NCBI GenBank assembly: GCA_035604335.1
Contig: DATNIT010000285.1
Coordinates: 1 to 64,000, forward strand
Source: Stellaceae bacterium
GTDB lineage: Bacteria; Pseudomonadota; Alphaproteobacteria; ATCC43930; CGMCC-115725
Length of the DNA stretch: 64,000 nt
Direction of reading: 5' to 3'
In this document: in pieces, positions 8,501-21,025 of the stretch
How the letters are laid out: each line of letters opens with the position of its first letter
Position numbering within the stretch: the stretch's first letter is position 1
Notes under the pieces: model-generated
Seen by the model: the letters and a program-made list of their open reading frames with translations, nothing else
Told to the model about the DNA's origin: nothing
The model's database searches: none
Program-made: the position numbers and the translations under genes

Positions 8501-9334
8501 CTATTTGATGCCGGATAGGACAAAGCTGTTGATGAACTGCCGCTGGAAGGCGATGAAGCCCGCGAACAGCGGCAGGCTCACGATCAGCGTGCCGGCGGCG
8601 ATCAGGCCCCATTCGGCATCGCCCTCGCCGCCGCTCACGAAGCTCGCAAGGCCGAGCGTGAGCGTCCGGTTGCTCGGTGAATCGATCACCATCAGCGGCC
8701 ACAGGAACTCGTTCCAGTGCGCGACCACGCTCACGATCCCAAACGCAATGAGCGCCGGCTTCGCCAGCGGCAGCAGCACATAGCGCAGAGTCTGCAAGAG
8801 CGTGCAGCCGTCGATCTCCGCGGCATCCTCGAAATCGCGGGGAATGCCACGGAAAGTCTGGCGCATCAGGAAGGTGCCGAAGGCCGAGGCCCAATAGGGC
8901 GCCATCACCGCCCAGAGCGTGTCGTAGATCCCGAGCCGCAGCACCGTCTTGAGGTTGGGTACGATCAGCACGGGCGGCACGATCATGAGCTGCAGAAGGA
9001 ACAAGTAGAAGATCAGGTCGCGCCCGGGGAACTGCAGCCGCGCGAAGGCATAGCCGGCGAGACTGATGGTGACGAGCTGCACCGTGAGCGTCCCGGCGAC
9101 GACCATGAGCGTGTTCACGTAATTGAGGAGGAAGTCCGCGCTCTCAAAAGCCAAACGGAAATTGGCGAGCGAGGGCGGCCAGCTCGGCCAAAGCGACGCC
9201 ATATCGAGGGCGCCCTCGCTGTCGGGCCGGAGCGAGGCCACGATCATCCAGAGGAACGGCGCCGACCACACGAGGGCGATGAGAGCGACAACCACCGTCA
9301 TGACTGCTGCCGCCCAGCCCGATCTAATCCGCAT
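8501..9334 (-). CDS. ABC transporter permease (UgpE-like)
   Basis: Six TM segments; EAA loop FEDAAEIDGCTLLQTLRYVLLPLAKPAL. Confidence 0.85.
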   Translation of the reverse strand: MRIRSGWAAAVMTVVVALIALVWSAPFLWMIVASLRPDSEGALDMASLWPSWPPSLANFRLAFESADFLLNYVNTLMVVAGTLTVQLVTISLAGYAFARLQFPGRDLIFYLFLLQLMIVPPVLIVPNLKTVLRLGIYDTLWAVMAPYWASAFGTFLMRQTFRGIPRDFEDAAEIDGCTLLQTLRYVLLPLAKPALIAFGIVSVVAHWNEFLWPLMVIDSPSNRTLTLGLASFVSGGEGDAEWGLIAAGTLIVSLPLFAGFIAFQRQFINSFVLSGIK

Positions 9335-10259
9335 GACGGCCGCCGCGCTCGAGGACGCGGATTCCCACGGTGGAGACCGCGAAGAGCGCCACCAATGTCA
9401 CCACCGTGGCGGCTGCCGCCTTGCCGCTGTCGTGCAGCTCAGTCGCGGTCTGGAAGATGTAGAACAACAAGAGGTTGGTTGCGTCGTCGGGCCCGCCCTT
9501 GGTCATCACGATGACGTGGTCGACGGTGGTGATCGCCTGGATCATCACAATCACCGCGACGAAGGCGGTGGTGGGCGCGAGGAGCGGCAGCACCACGTGC
9601 CGCAGCCGTTGCCAGGCGCCGGCGCCGTCGAGCACTGCCGCCTCGACCAGCTCCTGCGGCACCGCCTGCAGCGCCGCGATGTAGAAGAGCATGTAGTAGC
9701 CGGCGTTCTTCCACACCGTCACCATGGCGATCGACGCCAAGGCCGTATCGGGATTGCCGAGCCAATTGATCGACAGCGGCACCAGCCGGCCGATGTAGTA
9801 GTCGATGAGCCCGACGGTCGGCAGGAACAGGAACGTCCACAGCGCCGCCGCCCCGATCAGCGGAATGATGGTCGGAAAGAACAAGAGCGCGCGGAGCGCC
9901 GCGGTGAACCGGGTCGATCGCTGCAGCAGCAGCGCGAAGGCGAGCGCGAGCGCGACCGAGGGCAGCACCGTCGCGCCGATATAGACCAGGTTGTTGAGCG
10001 CGGCCGTGGTGAACTTCGGATCGGCGGCGAGCCGCAAGTAGTTCCCGAACCCCGCGAACTCGGCGGTCTTCTCCTCGAGGCGGCGGCCAAACAGCGAATC
10101 CACCGCGACCGAGGCAACCGGCCAATAGGTGAAGGCGCCGAGAAAAACCAAGGACGGCAACAGCAGAAGCAACGGCTTCAGCCGCCGCCGGGTCGATGCC
10201 GCCAGCACGGGCTTGGCCAGGTGCGTGCTCCGCAGCCTAGGAAGAGTGTCGGCGGTCAC
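9324..10259 (-). CDS. ABC transporter permease (UgpA-like)
   Basis: TM-rich; EAA loop VEAAVLDGAGAWQRLRHVVLPLLAP. Overlaps the next permease by 11 nt. Confidence 0.85.
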   Translation of the reverse strand: MTADTLPRLRSTHLAKPVLAASTRRRLKPLLLLLPSLVFLGAFTYWPVASVAVDSLFGRRLEEKTAEFAGFGNYLRLAADPKFTTAALNNLVYIGATVLPSVALALAFALLLQRSTRFTAALRALLFFPTIIPLIGAAALWTFLFLPTVGLIDYYIGRLVPLSINWLGNPDTALASIAMVTVWKNAGYYMLFYIAALQAVPQELVEAAVLDGAGAWQRLRHVVLPLLAPTTAFVAVIVMIQAITTVDHVIVMTKGGPDDATNLLLFYIFQTATELHDSGKAAAATVVTLVALFAVSTVGIRVLERGGRHAD

Positions 10260-10562
10260 GATGCGGAAGCTAGCGCCCCGACACGACGGCAGAGTTTCAG
10301 GTTTGTGACGATTTTATTTCACGGATCGGTGCAAATCCCCAGGAGCGGCGACCATCCCTTTTGCGTGGGGCGGATCGGAGCCGCCGAGGCGCTCGATGCT
10401 CGGTTCTCGGATGCCGGCACGCGCCTGCTGGCGAGTTGGCACGCTCTTCGCCGGGAGCGCCCCGATCGCAAGATCCGCCGCTACCAGCGCCGGCTGCGAC
10501 GCGGGCCGCGCCGGCCGCGGCGCGCAGGTTGGCCGGCCGCATCTTTGCCGAGAAGAATTGAG

Positions 10563-10613
10563 TTTCCGGTCTTGTTTTCATTGTGTTAGCGTTTCGTGAA
10601 ATGGGCCGGAAAC
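10563..10613. promoter_or_regulatory. 8-bp inverted repeat GTTTCCGG-N35-CCGGAAAC in an AT-richer 410-bp divergent intergenic region
   Basis: Read directly; lies about 60 nt upstream of the substrate-binding protein start. Confidence 0.3.
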
Positions 10614-10672
10614 AGGCGGCCCGCTCAAAAAGTAAAATGGACAACGGGTAGAGGCTAAACAGGGAGCGTCTC

Positions 10673-12463
10673 ATGCAAGAGAAAGCGTTGCGCGCGATGG
10701 TCGCGCGGGTGAAGGCCGGCCGGATGTCCCGCCGCGCTTTTGTGCGAAGGATGGTGGCGCTCGGCCTGACCGCGCCGATGGCCGGCATGATGCTGAGCCA
10801 TTCAGGGGTCGCCTGGGCGCAAGCCGCCTCCGCCTACAAGCCCACCAAGGCCGGCGGCGGCGGCGCGCTCAAGGTGCTGTGGTGGCAGGCACCGACGCTC
10901 CTCAACCCGCATTTCGCCGTCGGCACCAAGGACCAGGATGCCTCCCGGATCTTCTATGAGTCGCTCGCCGGCTGGGACGGCGAGGGCAACCTCGTGCCCA
11001 TCCTGGCGGCGGAGGTCCCGAGCCAGCAGAACGGCGGCCTCTCCGACGACGGCAAGTCCGTCACCTGGAAGCTCAAGCAGGGCGTGAAGTGGCATGACGG
11101 CGAGCCCTTCACCGCCGACGACTGCATCTTCAACTGGCAATACGCCGGCGATCCCGCGACCGCCACTTACGATGTCGCGACCTACAAGGACATCCAGGTC
11201 GAGAAGATCGACGACCACACGATCAAGGTGATCTTCAAGAAGCCGACCCCGTTCTGGGCCGATCCCTTCGTCGGCGTCCGCGGCATGATGATCCCGAAGC
11301 ACTTGTTCGAGGCCTACAAGGGGGACAAGTCGCGGGATGCGCCCGCCAACCTGAAGCCCGTCGGCACCGGCCCCTACAAGTTCGTCGACTTCAAGCCCGG
11401 CGATTCCGTCCGCGGCGAGATCAATACGGCCTACCACCTGCCGAACCGGCCCTATTTCGACACCCTCGAGATGAAGGGCGGGGGCGACGCGGTCTCGGCG
11501 GCGCGCGCGGTGCTGCAGACCGGCGAATACGACTTCGCCTGGAACCTCCAGGTCGAGGACGCCATCCTGAAGAAGCTGGAGGAAGGCGGCAAAGGCCACG
11601 TCGTCGTCGTGGAGGGTGGCAGCATCGAGCACATCGGGATCAACTTCACCGACCCCTGGACCGAGGTCGACGGCGAGCGCTCAAGCCTCAAGACCAAGCA
11701 CCCGACGCTCTCGGACAAGGCGGTGCGCGACGCGCTCAACCTGCTGGTCGACCGCGCCTCGGTCGAGAAGTTCATCTACGGCCGCGCGGGCGTCGCGACC
11801 CGCAACTTCCTCAACAACCCTCCGCGCTTCCGCTCCAAGATCACGGAGTTCGAGTTCAATATCGACAAGGCGAACAAGATACTGGACGACGCCGGTTGGA
11901 AGCGCGGCTCGGACGGCATCCGCGAGAAGGACGGCAAGAAGCTGCACTTCGTCTACCAGACCTCGATCAACGAGCCCCGGCAGAAGAACCAGGCGATCGT
12001 CAAGCAGGCCTGCCAGAAGGCGGGCATCGACATCGAGCTCAAATCGGTGGCCGCGTCCGTCTTCTTCTCGTCCGACGCGGGCAATCCCGACATCTATCCG
12101 CGTTTCTCCACCGACATCCAGATGTACACGACCTCGCAGACGGAGCCGGACCCGGCGCTGTTCATGAACCAGTTCTGCTCCTGGGAGGCCGCGACCAAGG
12201 ACAACAAGTGGCAGGGACGCAACGTCACGCGCTGGCGCAGCGAGGAGTATGACAAGGCCTATCGCGCCGCCGAGGGCGATCTCGATCCGGTGAAGCGCGC
12301 CGCGCTCTTCATCACGATGAACGATCTCGTGATCGGCGACGTCGCGGTGATCCCGGTGATCTATCGCCCGAACGTGCGCGGTGTCCACAACCAGCTCAAG
12401 ACGGTGCTCAGCGGCTGGGACAGCGACGCCTACATGCTCTCGGACTGGTACCGCGAGGCCTGA
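10673..12463 (+). CDS. ABC transporter substrate-binding protein, family 5 (DppA/OppA-like), TAT signal
   Basis: RBS AGGGAG; MSRRAFVRRMVALGLTAPMAGMMLSHSGVAWA twin-arginine leader. Confidence 0.85.
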   Translation: MQEKALRAMVARVKAGRMSRRAFVRRMVALGLTAPMAGMMLSHSGVAWAQAASAYKPTKAGGGGALKVLWWQAPTLLNPHFAVGTKDQDASRIFYESLAGWDGEGNLVPILAAEVPSQQNGGLSDDGKSVTWKLKQGVKWHDGEPFTADDCIFNWQYAGDPATATYDVATYKDIQVEKIDDHTIKVIFKKPTPFWADPFVGVRGMMIPKHLFEAYKGDKSRDAPANLKPVGTGPYKFVDFKPGDSVRGEINTAYHLPNRPYFDTLEMKGGGDAVSAARAVLQTGEYDFAWNLQVEDAILKKLEEGGKGHVVVVEGGSIEHIGINFTDPWTEVDGERSSLKTKHPTLSDKAVRDALNLLVDRASVEKFIYGRAGVATRNFLNNPPRFRSKITEFEFNIDKANKILDDAGWKRGSDGIREKDGKKLHFVYQTSINEPRQKNQAIVKQACQKAGIDIELKSVAASVFFSSDAGNPDIYPRFSTDIQMYTTSQTEPDPALFMNQFCSWEAATKDNKWQGRNVTRWRSEEYDKAYRAAEGDLDPVKRAALFITMNDLVIGDVAVIPVIYRPNVRGVHNQLKTVLSGWDSDAYMLSDWYREA

Positions 12464-12500
12464 GCGGGGTGCCCGCGCCGGCGCCCGCGCGGACGGCTTG

Positions 12501-13460
12501 ATGTCGCGCTATCTGCTGCGGCGCCTGCTGATCGCGGTGCCGAGCCTGATCGGCATCAGCATCGTGCTGTTCACGATTCTGGCGCTGGCGCCGGGCGATC
12601 CCTTCGGGGAGCTCGCGAGCAATCCCGCGGTGCCGCCGGAGGTACGGGTGGCGCTCCGCGCCAAGTTCGGCATGGATGACCCGATCGTCCTGCGATATCT
12701 CCACTGGCTCGTGGCGATGCTGCAGGGGGATTGGGGTTTCTCCTTCGTCAGCCGCGTCAACGTCGACACGCTGATCTGGCAGCGGCTCCCGGCGACGCTC
12801 CTGGTGATCGGCTCGTCGCAGGTGCTGGCGCTGCTGATCGCGCTGCCGGTCGGCGTTTTCGCGGCGACCCGGCCCTACTCCGTCTTCGACCAGATCGCCA
12901 GCACCTTCGCCTTCATCGGCTTCTCGCTGCCGACCTTCTTCACGGGGCTGCTGTTCATCCTGCTGTTCAGCATCCATCTGGACTGGCTGCCCTTCGTCTT
13001 CCGCTCCGATCTCGCCGCGACCGGCTGGCGCTGGTACTGGGAGGAGTTCCGCCAGGCGATCATGCCGATCGCCGTGCTCGGCATGTTCCAGGGCGCCTCC
13101 TGGACCCGCTACGTGCGCTCGGCCGTGCTCGACGTGATCCGGCTCGACTACGTCACCACCGCCCGCGCGAAAGGCCTGCGCGAGGGCAAGGTCGTCATCC
13201 GGCACGTCGTGCGGAACGCGCTGATTCCCGTGGTGACCCTGGTGGCCCTGCAGGTACCCGCGATCTTCGGCGGCGCCATCGTCACCGAGCAGATCTTCCG
13301 GGTGCCCGGCATCGGCTCGCTGCTGATCAACTCCATCCTGCAGAACGACACGCCCGTCATCATGGGCGTGACCTTCGTCTTCGCGTGCCTGGTGATCCTG
13401 TTCAATCTTATCGCGGACGTGCTCTATGGCTGGCTCGACCCCCGCATCGCTTACCGGTGA
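12501..13460 (+). CDS. ABC transporter permease (DppB-like)
   Basis: Internal ATG gives MSRYLLRRLLIAVPSLIGISIVLF, the typical DppB N-terminus. Track ORF over-extended. Confidence 0.85.
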   Translation: MSRYLLRRLLIAVPSLIGISIVLFTILALAPGDPFGELASNPAVPPEVRVALRAKFGMDDPIVLRYLHWLVAMLQGDWGFSFVSRVNVDTLIWQRLPATLLVIGSSQVLALLIALPVGVFAATRPYSVFDQIASTFAFIGFSLPTFFTGLLFILLFSIHLDWLPFVFRSDLAATGWRWYWEEFRQAIMPIAVLGMFQGASWTRYVRSAVLDVIRLDYVTTARAKGLREGKVVIRHVVRNALIPVVTLVALQVPAIFGGAIVTEQIFRVPGIGSLLINSILQNDTPVIMGVTFVFACLVILFNLIADVLYGWLDPRIAYR

Positions 13461-14360
13461 CGCCGGGGCGGGCCGGGAGCTCGCCCCGCAGGTCTCGCCG
13501 GCGCTCGACACCTGGCGGCGCTTCCGGCGCCATCGCCTCGCGGTCATCAGCGCGATCATCCTGCTGGTGATGGGCCTTGCGGTGATACTGGGTCCCACGC
13601 TCTGGCGGGTTCCGATCGACGAGATCGACTTCACCGCGCGCATGGAGCCGCCCTCGGCGGTGCACCCCTTCGGCACCGACGATCTCGGGCAGGATCTGCT
13701 CGCGCGGATGCTCTACGGCGGACGGATCTCGCTTGCCGTCGGCCTTGCCACCATGTTGGTGTCGGTGTTGGTGGGCACGCTGGTCGGCGCGGTCGCCGGC
13801 ATCTCCCGCGGCAGCGTCGATGCCGCGCTGATGCTGGTCACCGACCTGTTCCTCTCCCTGCCGCAGCTGCCGCTGCTGCTGCTGATCATCTATCTGTTCC
13901 GCGACGCGCTCAAATCGGTCCTGGGCGTCGAGGGTGGCGTCTTCATCCTCGTGGTCGGCGTCATTGGCGGCTTCCGCTGGATGCCCGTGGCGCGGCTGGT
14001 GCGGGCGCAATTCCTGTCGCTGCGCGAGAAGGAATTCGTCGAGGCCGCGCGCGCGCTCGGCGCCTCGACCCTGCGCCAGGTGCTGCGGCACATCCTGCCG
14101 AACGCGCTCGGGCCGGTGATCGTGGCGGGCACCATCAATGTCGCCGACGCCATCATCGCGGAATCGACGCTCTCGTTCCTGGGCCTCGGCTTCCCGCCGG
14201 ATATCCCGACCTGGGGCCGCCTCCTGTTCGAGGCCAAGGACTACCTGGATTTCGCGCCGCACTGGGCGCTATTCGCGGGCGCCGCGATCTTCCTGACCGT
14301 GCTCTCGATCAACTTCATCGGCGACGGCCTGCGCGACGTGCTCGACCCGCGCAAGGTCAT

Positions 14361-14364
<4 letters not shown>
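13426..14364 (+). CDS. ABC transporter permease (DppC-like)
   Basis: TM-rich; EAA motif EFVEAARALGAS. Confidence 0.8.
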
Positions 14365-16344
<1,980 letters not shown>

Positions 16345-16356
<12 letters not shown>

Positions 16357-18045
16357 GGCCGGCACGCGGCGCACAAAAAGGTAGTCGCGCTCGGCCGCCT
16401 GCGGCGATAGGTAGCCCAGGCGGATATCCCGCTCGACCTCGGTCTGCGGCCGGTCCGCCGGATCGCCGAAGCCGCCGCCGCCGGATGTCTCGAGCCGGAT
16501 GACGTCGCCGTGTTGAAGGCGCAGATTGTTCACCTTCGATGGGAGCGCCCGTCGCTCGTGGCCGCGAATCAAGGTGAGGCTTCCCGGCATCGCGGCACCG
16601 CCGCCGGCGAGGCCGAACGGCCGGAACTTGAAACGCTCGAGGCTCGCGGTGAACAGCGCCTCGGCGCAGTCGACGCGCCATTCGCGGAACAGCCCGAGCC
16701 CGCCGCGATGCCGGCCCGCCCCGCCGGAATCCGGGAGGAGGCCGTACCGCACCACCGCGATGTGTCGCTCGCTTTCGATCATCTCGACGGGGATGTTGGC
16801 GTTGTTGTGCATGCCCAGGGAGTAGGCGTTGGCGCCGTCCTCTTGCGGATGACCGCCGCCGCCGCCGATCTCGATCTCCACGAGCACACTCCGCTCGCCC
16901 GACTGGTCGATGGACTGGAACGTGCAGACGTAACTCACGCCGTAATAAGCGGCGGGGATCCGGTCCGGCACGGCCTTGTGCAACGCGCCCAGCAGGACGT
17001 TCGCGAGCCGATGCGACGTCACCATGCGATGGGCCACCGGCGCGGGATGCCGCGCGTTGACCACCGTACCTTCAGGCGCCACCAGCTTGATCGGACGATA
17101 GCAGCCGGCATTGGGCGCCACCGCCTCGTCGGCGCAGGCGATGATGGAATAGCAGACCGCGGAGGCGGAGGACGCCAACGTGGCGTTGACCGGACCGGTC
17201 GCCTGCGGATCGCTGCCGGAGAGATCGACGGTCATCTCCTCGCCGCGGATGTCGATCGCCGCATGGATGCGGATCGGCCGGTCGTCGATTCCGTCATCGT
17301 CGATGAAATCTTCGAAAGTGTAGCGGCCGTCGGGCATGCGCGCGATCATCGCGCGCATGGTCCGCTCGGAGCTGTCGAGGATCTCCGCGCATCCGGCAAG
17401 GATGGTCGGTGAGCCGTAGCGCCGGATCAGCGCCTGCATCTTTGCCTCGCCCACGGCGAGCGAGGCAAGCTGTGCCTGCAGATCGCCCCAGAAGATCTCG
17501 GGCTTGCGCACATTCTGCCGGATGAGCGCCAGCACCGCCTCGTTGAGCACACTTTGCTCATAGAGCTTGAGCGGCGGAATGCGCAGGCCCTCCTGAAAGA
17601 TCTCGGTGGCCGTCGCGGCATAGCTGCCGGCCGCGAGCCCGCCCATGTCGAGGTGATGGCAGAGCGTTCCCACCACCGCGACGCGCTCGCCATTCGAGAA
17701 CACCGGGCGGAACGCCAGCAGGTCCGGCAGATGCTGACCGCCGCAGTAGGGATCGTTGGAGATCACGACATCGCCGTCGCGCCAGTGGTCGAGCGGCAGG
17801 AAGCGCCGGACGATCTCGAGGAAGCCGAAGCCCATGGAGTTGAGGTGTTGCGGGATGCGCGCGGACTGAGTGACGTTGAAGCCGTCGCGATCGAACACCG
17901 CGGTGGAGTAGTCCAGGAGCTCACGCACGATGGTCGAGCGGCTGGTGCGCCAGACCGTGACGTCCATCTCCGCCGCGACCGCCGTGAGCGCACTGCGCAG
18001 GATTTCCAGCTCGATCGGCCCGAGCCGCGGGCGGTCCGTCGTCAT
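16345..18045 (-). CDS. Hydantoinase B/oxoprolinase family protein (HyuB-like)
   Basis: [43 protein letters not shown] 18045 overlaps the upstream TGA (ATGA). Track ORF extended to 19026 in a frame overlapping hyuA. Confidence 0.85.
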
Positions 18046-20150
18046 ACCGTCACCCCTGCCCCATCCCGCGTCGCGACCAGAATGCCGCGATCTCCAGGAC
18101 CGCAGCGCCAACCTTCCGCGACAAAGATCGTCGTGTAGTCCTCCTCGATGATCGCGGGGCCGCGGATTTCCCCGGCGAGAGCGCCGGCGCGGCAGACCAC
18201 GGTATCCCGCCAGGCACCCGAGAGGAAGACAGAGCGCCTCGGCATCGGCTCCCGACCGCCCGGTCGGGCGCCGCGCACGGTCTCGTGTCGGGGCATCCGG
18301 CCGATGGCGCTCGCTCTCAGCGTCACCAGCTCCACGGCATCGTTTCGGTTCGCATACGAGAACCGCTGCCGGTGCAGTTCGTGAAAGCGCTCGACGAGCA
18401 CACTGAGTTGGGCGGCGTCCGGATTGACGTCGCCCCAGGGCACCGACAGCTCGAACGCCTGACCGTGGTAGCGCATGTCTGCGGAGAGGCCGAAGGCCCA
18501 GCTCTCCCGCGGCAGCCCATCCTCCTCCAGAAGCCGTTCGCCGCGGCGCCGCAGATCGCGCGCGGCCTCGGCGAGTTCGGCAAGGCTCCCCGTGGTCGCG
18601 GGCAGGACGCGGCTCCGCGCGAGGTCGTGCACGATCTCGGAATGCAGCATGCCGTAGGCCGAGAAGGTGCTGGCATCCGGCGGGAAAACCACGCGACCGA
18701 TACCAAGCTCCTGGGCCACCGGCAGGGCGTGCAAGCCGCCGGCCCCGCCGAAGGACAGCAGAGTGAAATCCCGAGGATCGAGGCCCTTCTCGAACAGGCT
18801 CAAGCGGATCGCGGCCGCGAGGTTGGTATTGGTGACCGCGAGGATGCCTTCGGCCGCACGCTCGATAGGGAGCGAGAGCGGACCGGCAACGCGCTCCGCT
18901 ATGACGCGGCGCGCCGCCTCCACGTCGAGCGCCATGGCGCCACCCAAGAAGAACGCGGGGTCGAGCCGACCGAGCGCGATATTGGCGTCCGTCACTGTCG
19001 GCTCGAGCCCACCTTGCCCATAGCACGCAGGCCCGGGCTGCGCGCCCGCGCTCCTGGGGCCGACCGTGAGGCGGCCGCCGGCATCCACCGCGGCAATCGA
19101 GCCGCCGCCCGAGCCGATGGTGCGGATCTCCACCATGGGGAGGCGCACGGGTAAACCGTCCACCTCACCCTGGGTTACCAGCGAGAGCGCGCCCTCGCGC
19201 ACGACCGACACGTCGAAGCTCGTGCCGCCCATATCGACGCCGACCAGGTTCGGCGTGGCCAGCTCCTGCGCCGACTTGAGGGCGGCGAGCGCGCCGCCGC
19301 TCGGTCCCGAGAGCAGGAGCCGCGCCGGCTCCCGGCTCGCGGCCTCCACGGTGCAGACGCCGCCATTGGACTGCATGAGCAAGAGCGGTGCCACCATGCC
19401 GGCTTCCCTCATGCGCTCCTGCAACCGAACGAGATAGGCGCGCATGACCGGGATCAGCAGCGCGTTCAGGACCGTGGTCGAGGTGCGCTCGTACTCGCGG
19501 ATCTCCGGGCTGATCTCGCAGGAGAGCGTGATCGGCAAGTCCGGCAACAGGCGCGCCAGCCGGTCTCGCAGAGCGCGCTCATGGAGCGGATTGACGAAGG
19601 AATTGATCAGCGAGACGGCGACGGTCTCGACACCGAGCTCCGCGATGCCGCGGGCAACGCGCTCGACCTCGCGGGAGTCGAGCGCCCGCTCGATGCTTCC
19701 GTCGCCCCGGATGCGCTCGGCGACCCCGAGCCGGCGGTCCCTCGGCACGAGCGCGGGCTCTCGCTTCGGGCGAAGGCTGTAGATGTCGCGCCGGGCATGT
19801 CGGCCGATCTCCAGCACGTCCTCGAAGCCTTGGGTGGTGACGAGAGCGCCGGCCGGCAGGCGCCGCTGCAAGACCGCGTTGGTGGCGATGGTGGTGCCGT
19901 GCAGCAGTAGGCGAATATCGCCGAGTGCGAAGCCGAGCTCGCGCGCCGCCCTGGTAACACCCTCGATCAGCCCTATTGAGGGATCGGCGGGCGTGGTCGG
20001 CACCTTCAGGCTGTGCAGCGCGCCTGTCCCCTCCTGGAGGATCTCGAGATCGGTGAAGGTGCCGCCGATGTCGACCGCCACCCGAACGCTCGGACGCTCC
20101 CTGCCGCCTGCGGCCAACTCACCCTCGCCCCAAGACCCTCGACGAATCAC
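18042..20150 (-). CDS. Hydantoinase A/oxoprolinase family protein (HyuA-like); start uncertain (GTG 20150 or GTG 20081)
   Basis: VAVDIGGTFTDLEIL N-terminus; acetone-carboxylase/hydantoinase A motifs throughout. Confidence 0.85.
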   Translation of the reverse strand: MIRRGSWGEGELAAGGRERPSVRVAVDIGGTFTDLEILQEGTGALHSLKVPTTPADPSIGLIEGVTRAARELGFALGDIRLLLHGTTIATNAVLQRRLPAGALVTTQGFEDVLEIGRHARRDIYSLRPKREPALVPRDRRLGVAERIRGDGSIERALDSREVERVARGIAELGVETVAVSLINSFVNPLHERALRDRLARLLPDLPITLSCEISPEIREYERTSTTVLNALLIPVMRAYLVRLQERMREAGMVAPLLLMQSNGGVCTVEAASREPARLLLSGPSGGALAALKSAQELATPNLVGVDMGGTSFDVSVVREGALSLVTQGEVDGLPVRLPMVEIRTIGSGGGSIAAVDAGGRLTVGPRSAGAQPGPACYGQGGLEPTVTDANIALGRLDPAFFLGGAMALDVEAARRVIAERVAGPLSLPIERAAEGILAVTNTNLAAAIRLSLFEKGLDPRDFTLLSFGGAGGLHALPVAQELGIGRVVFPPDASTFSAYGMLHSEIVHDLARSRVLPATTGSLAELAEAARDLRRRGERLLEEDGLPRESWAFGLSADMRYHGQAFELSVPWGDVNPDAAQLSVLVERFHELHRQRFSYANRNDAVELVTLRASAIGRMPRHETVRGARPGGREPMPRRSVFLSGAWRDTVVCRAGALAGEIRGPAIIEEDYTTIFVAEGWRCGPGDRGILVATRDGAGVTV

Positions 20151-20292
20151 CCTAACCTCGCGGTTCCCGCATGTTAAGCCTGTCGCGGCGGCTACCCCAA
20201 CCCCTCGGCAGGCGGCTCGAATCCCATGTCGAATTGGCGTCGGACCGGCGGGGCGCCTCCCGTCCGGCGACCGCCAGGCACGCGAGAAACGG

Positions 20293-20319
20293 TTGCAGCC
20301 TCGGCTCAGAAGGTATAAT
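20293..20319 (+). promoter_or_regulatory. Sigma70-like promoter for rpsU: TTGCAG -35, 15-nt spacer, perfect TATAAT -10
   Basis: A perfect TATAAT in roughly 65% GC DNA; predicts a leader of about 160 nt before the rpsU ATG. Confidence 0.4.
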
Positions 20320-20487
20320 GCTTAAGTTCTATGCTCTTCGGGCGGTGTTTTCTGTTCGTGCCCGACCGAGCGCCAGCTGTCGTTCCCTGCCACGCATGAG
20401 CCCTGGTCTGCACGCCCGCGCGCGCAGAGCCGCGCGCAGCACGGGAACCTCGAAATTCACCGCTCAAGCGAAAGGCAGTCGAGCCGC

Positions 20488-20691
20488 ATGCAGGTATTCG
20501 TCCGAGATAATGATGTGAACGGCGCTCTGCGCATCCTAAAGAAGAAGATGCAGCGGGAGGGCACCTTTCGGGAGATGAAGCGGCGGCGATCGTACGAAAA
20601 GCCCTCGGAGCGGCGGGCGCGCGAGAAGAGCGAGGCGATCCGCCGGTATCGAAAGGCCATGCGCAAGCGCTTCGAGCGCGAAGGCTACTAG
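20488..20691 (+). CDS. rpsU: 30S ribosomal protein S21
   Basis: [67 protein letters not shown] is the unmistakable S21 pattern. Confidence 0.95.
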   Translation: MQVFVRDNDVNGALRILKKKMQREGTFREMKRRRSYEKPSERRAREKSEAIRRYRKAMRKRFEREGY

Positions 20692-20761
20692 CCGAGCCGC
20701 GCGAGCCAATCGACCCGGCCGGAGGTCGTCTGAGCGCCGGCACTGTGGCAGGAGAACCTCG

Positions 20762-20989
20762 ATGAGGAATTCGGAGCGAGATCTCGAAGCGCGGCGCAAG
20801 GCGCAGGCGCTCTGGGACGAGCACAAGAAGCGCGACGAGAAGGTGCTCAAGGAGAAGGACAAGGAGCGGCAGGCGGAGGCCGAGAAGGTGGCGCGGTTGC
20901 GCGAGCTGCGCTTGGCCAAGGAGGCCGCCGACCGCAAGGCGGCCGAGGAAGCCTATCTCTCCAAGCGGAAGGTCGGCCGCCAGCGCTGA
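20762..20989 (+). CDS. Small highly charged (K/E/R/A-rich, predicted helical/disordered) protein of unknown function
   Basis: 75 aa; GGAGAA RBS 5 nt upstream; same strand and 70 nt downstream of rpsU; no antisense gene explains it. Confidence 0.5.
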   Translation: MRNSERDLEARRKAQALWDEHKKRDEKVLKEKDKERQAEAEKVARLRELRLAKEAADRKAAEEAYLSKRKVGRQR

Positions 20990-21025
20990 TCGTTGCGCGC
21001 CGGCGTGTCGCGCCGGCGCCCTGGC

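Noticed and set aside
10297-10788. ORF 10297..10788(-), 163 aa, spanning the divergent intergenic region
   Set aside because: It runs antisense into the substrate-binding gene's signal-peptide region and has no RBS; its composition is artefactual.
20171-20518. ORF 20171..20518(+) upstream of and overlapping rpsU
   Set aside because: It covers the predicted rpsU promoter and leader and reads out of frame into rpsU; arginine-rich junk translation.
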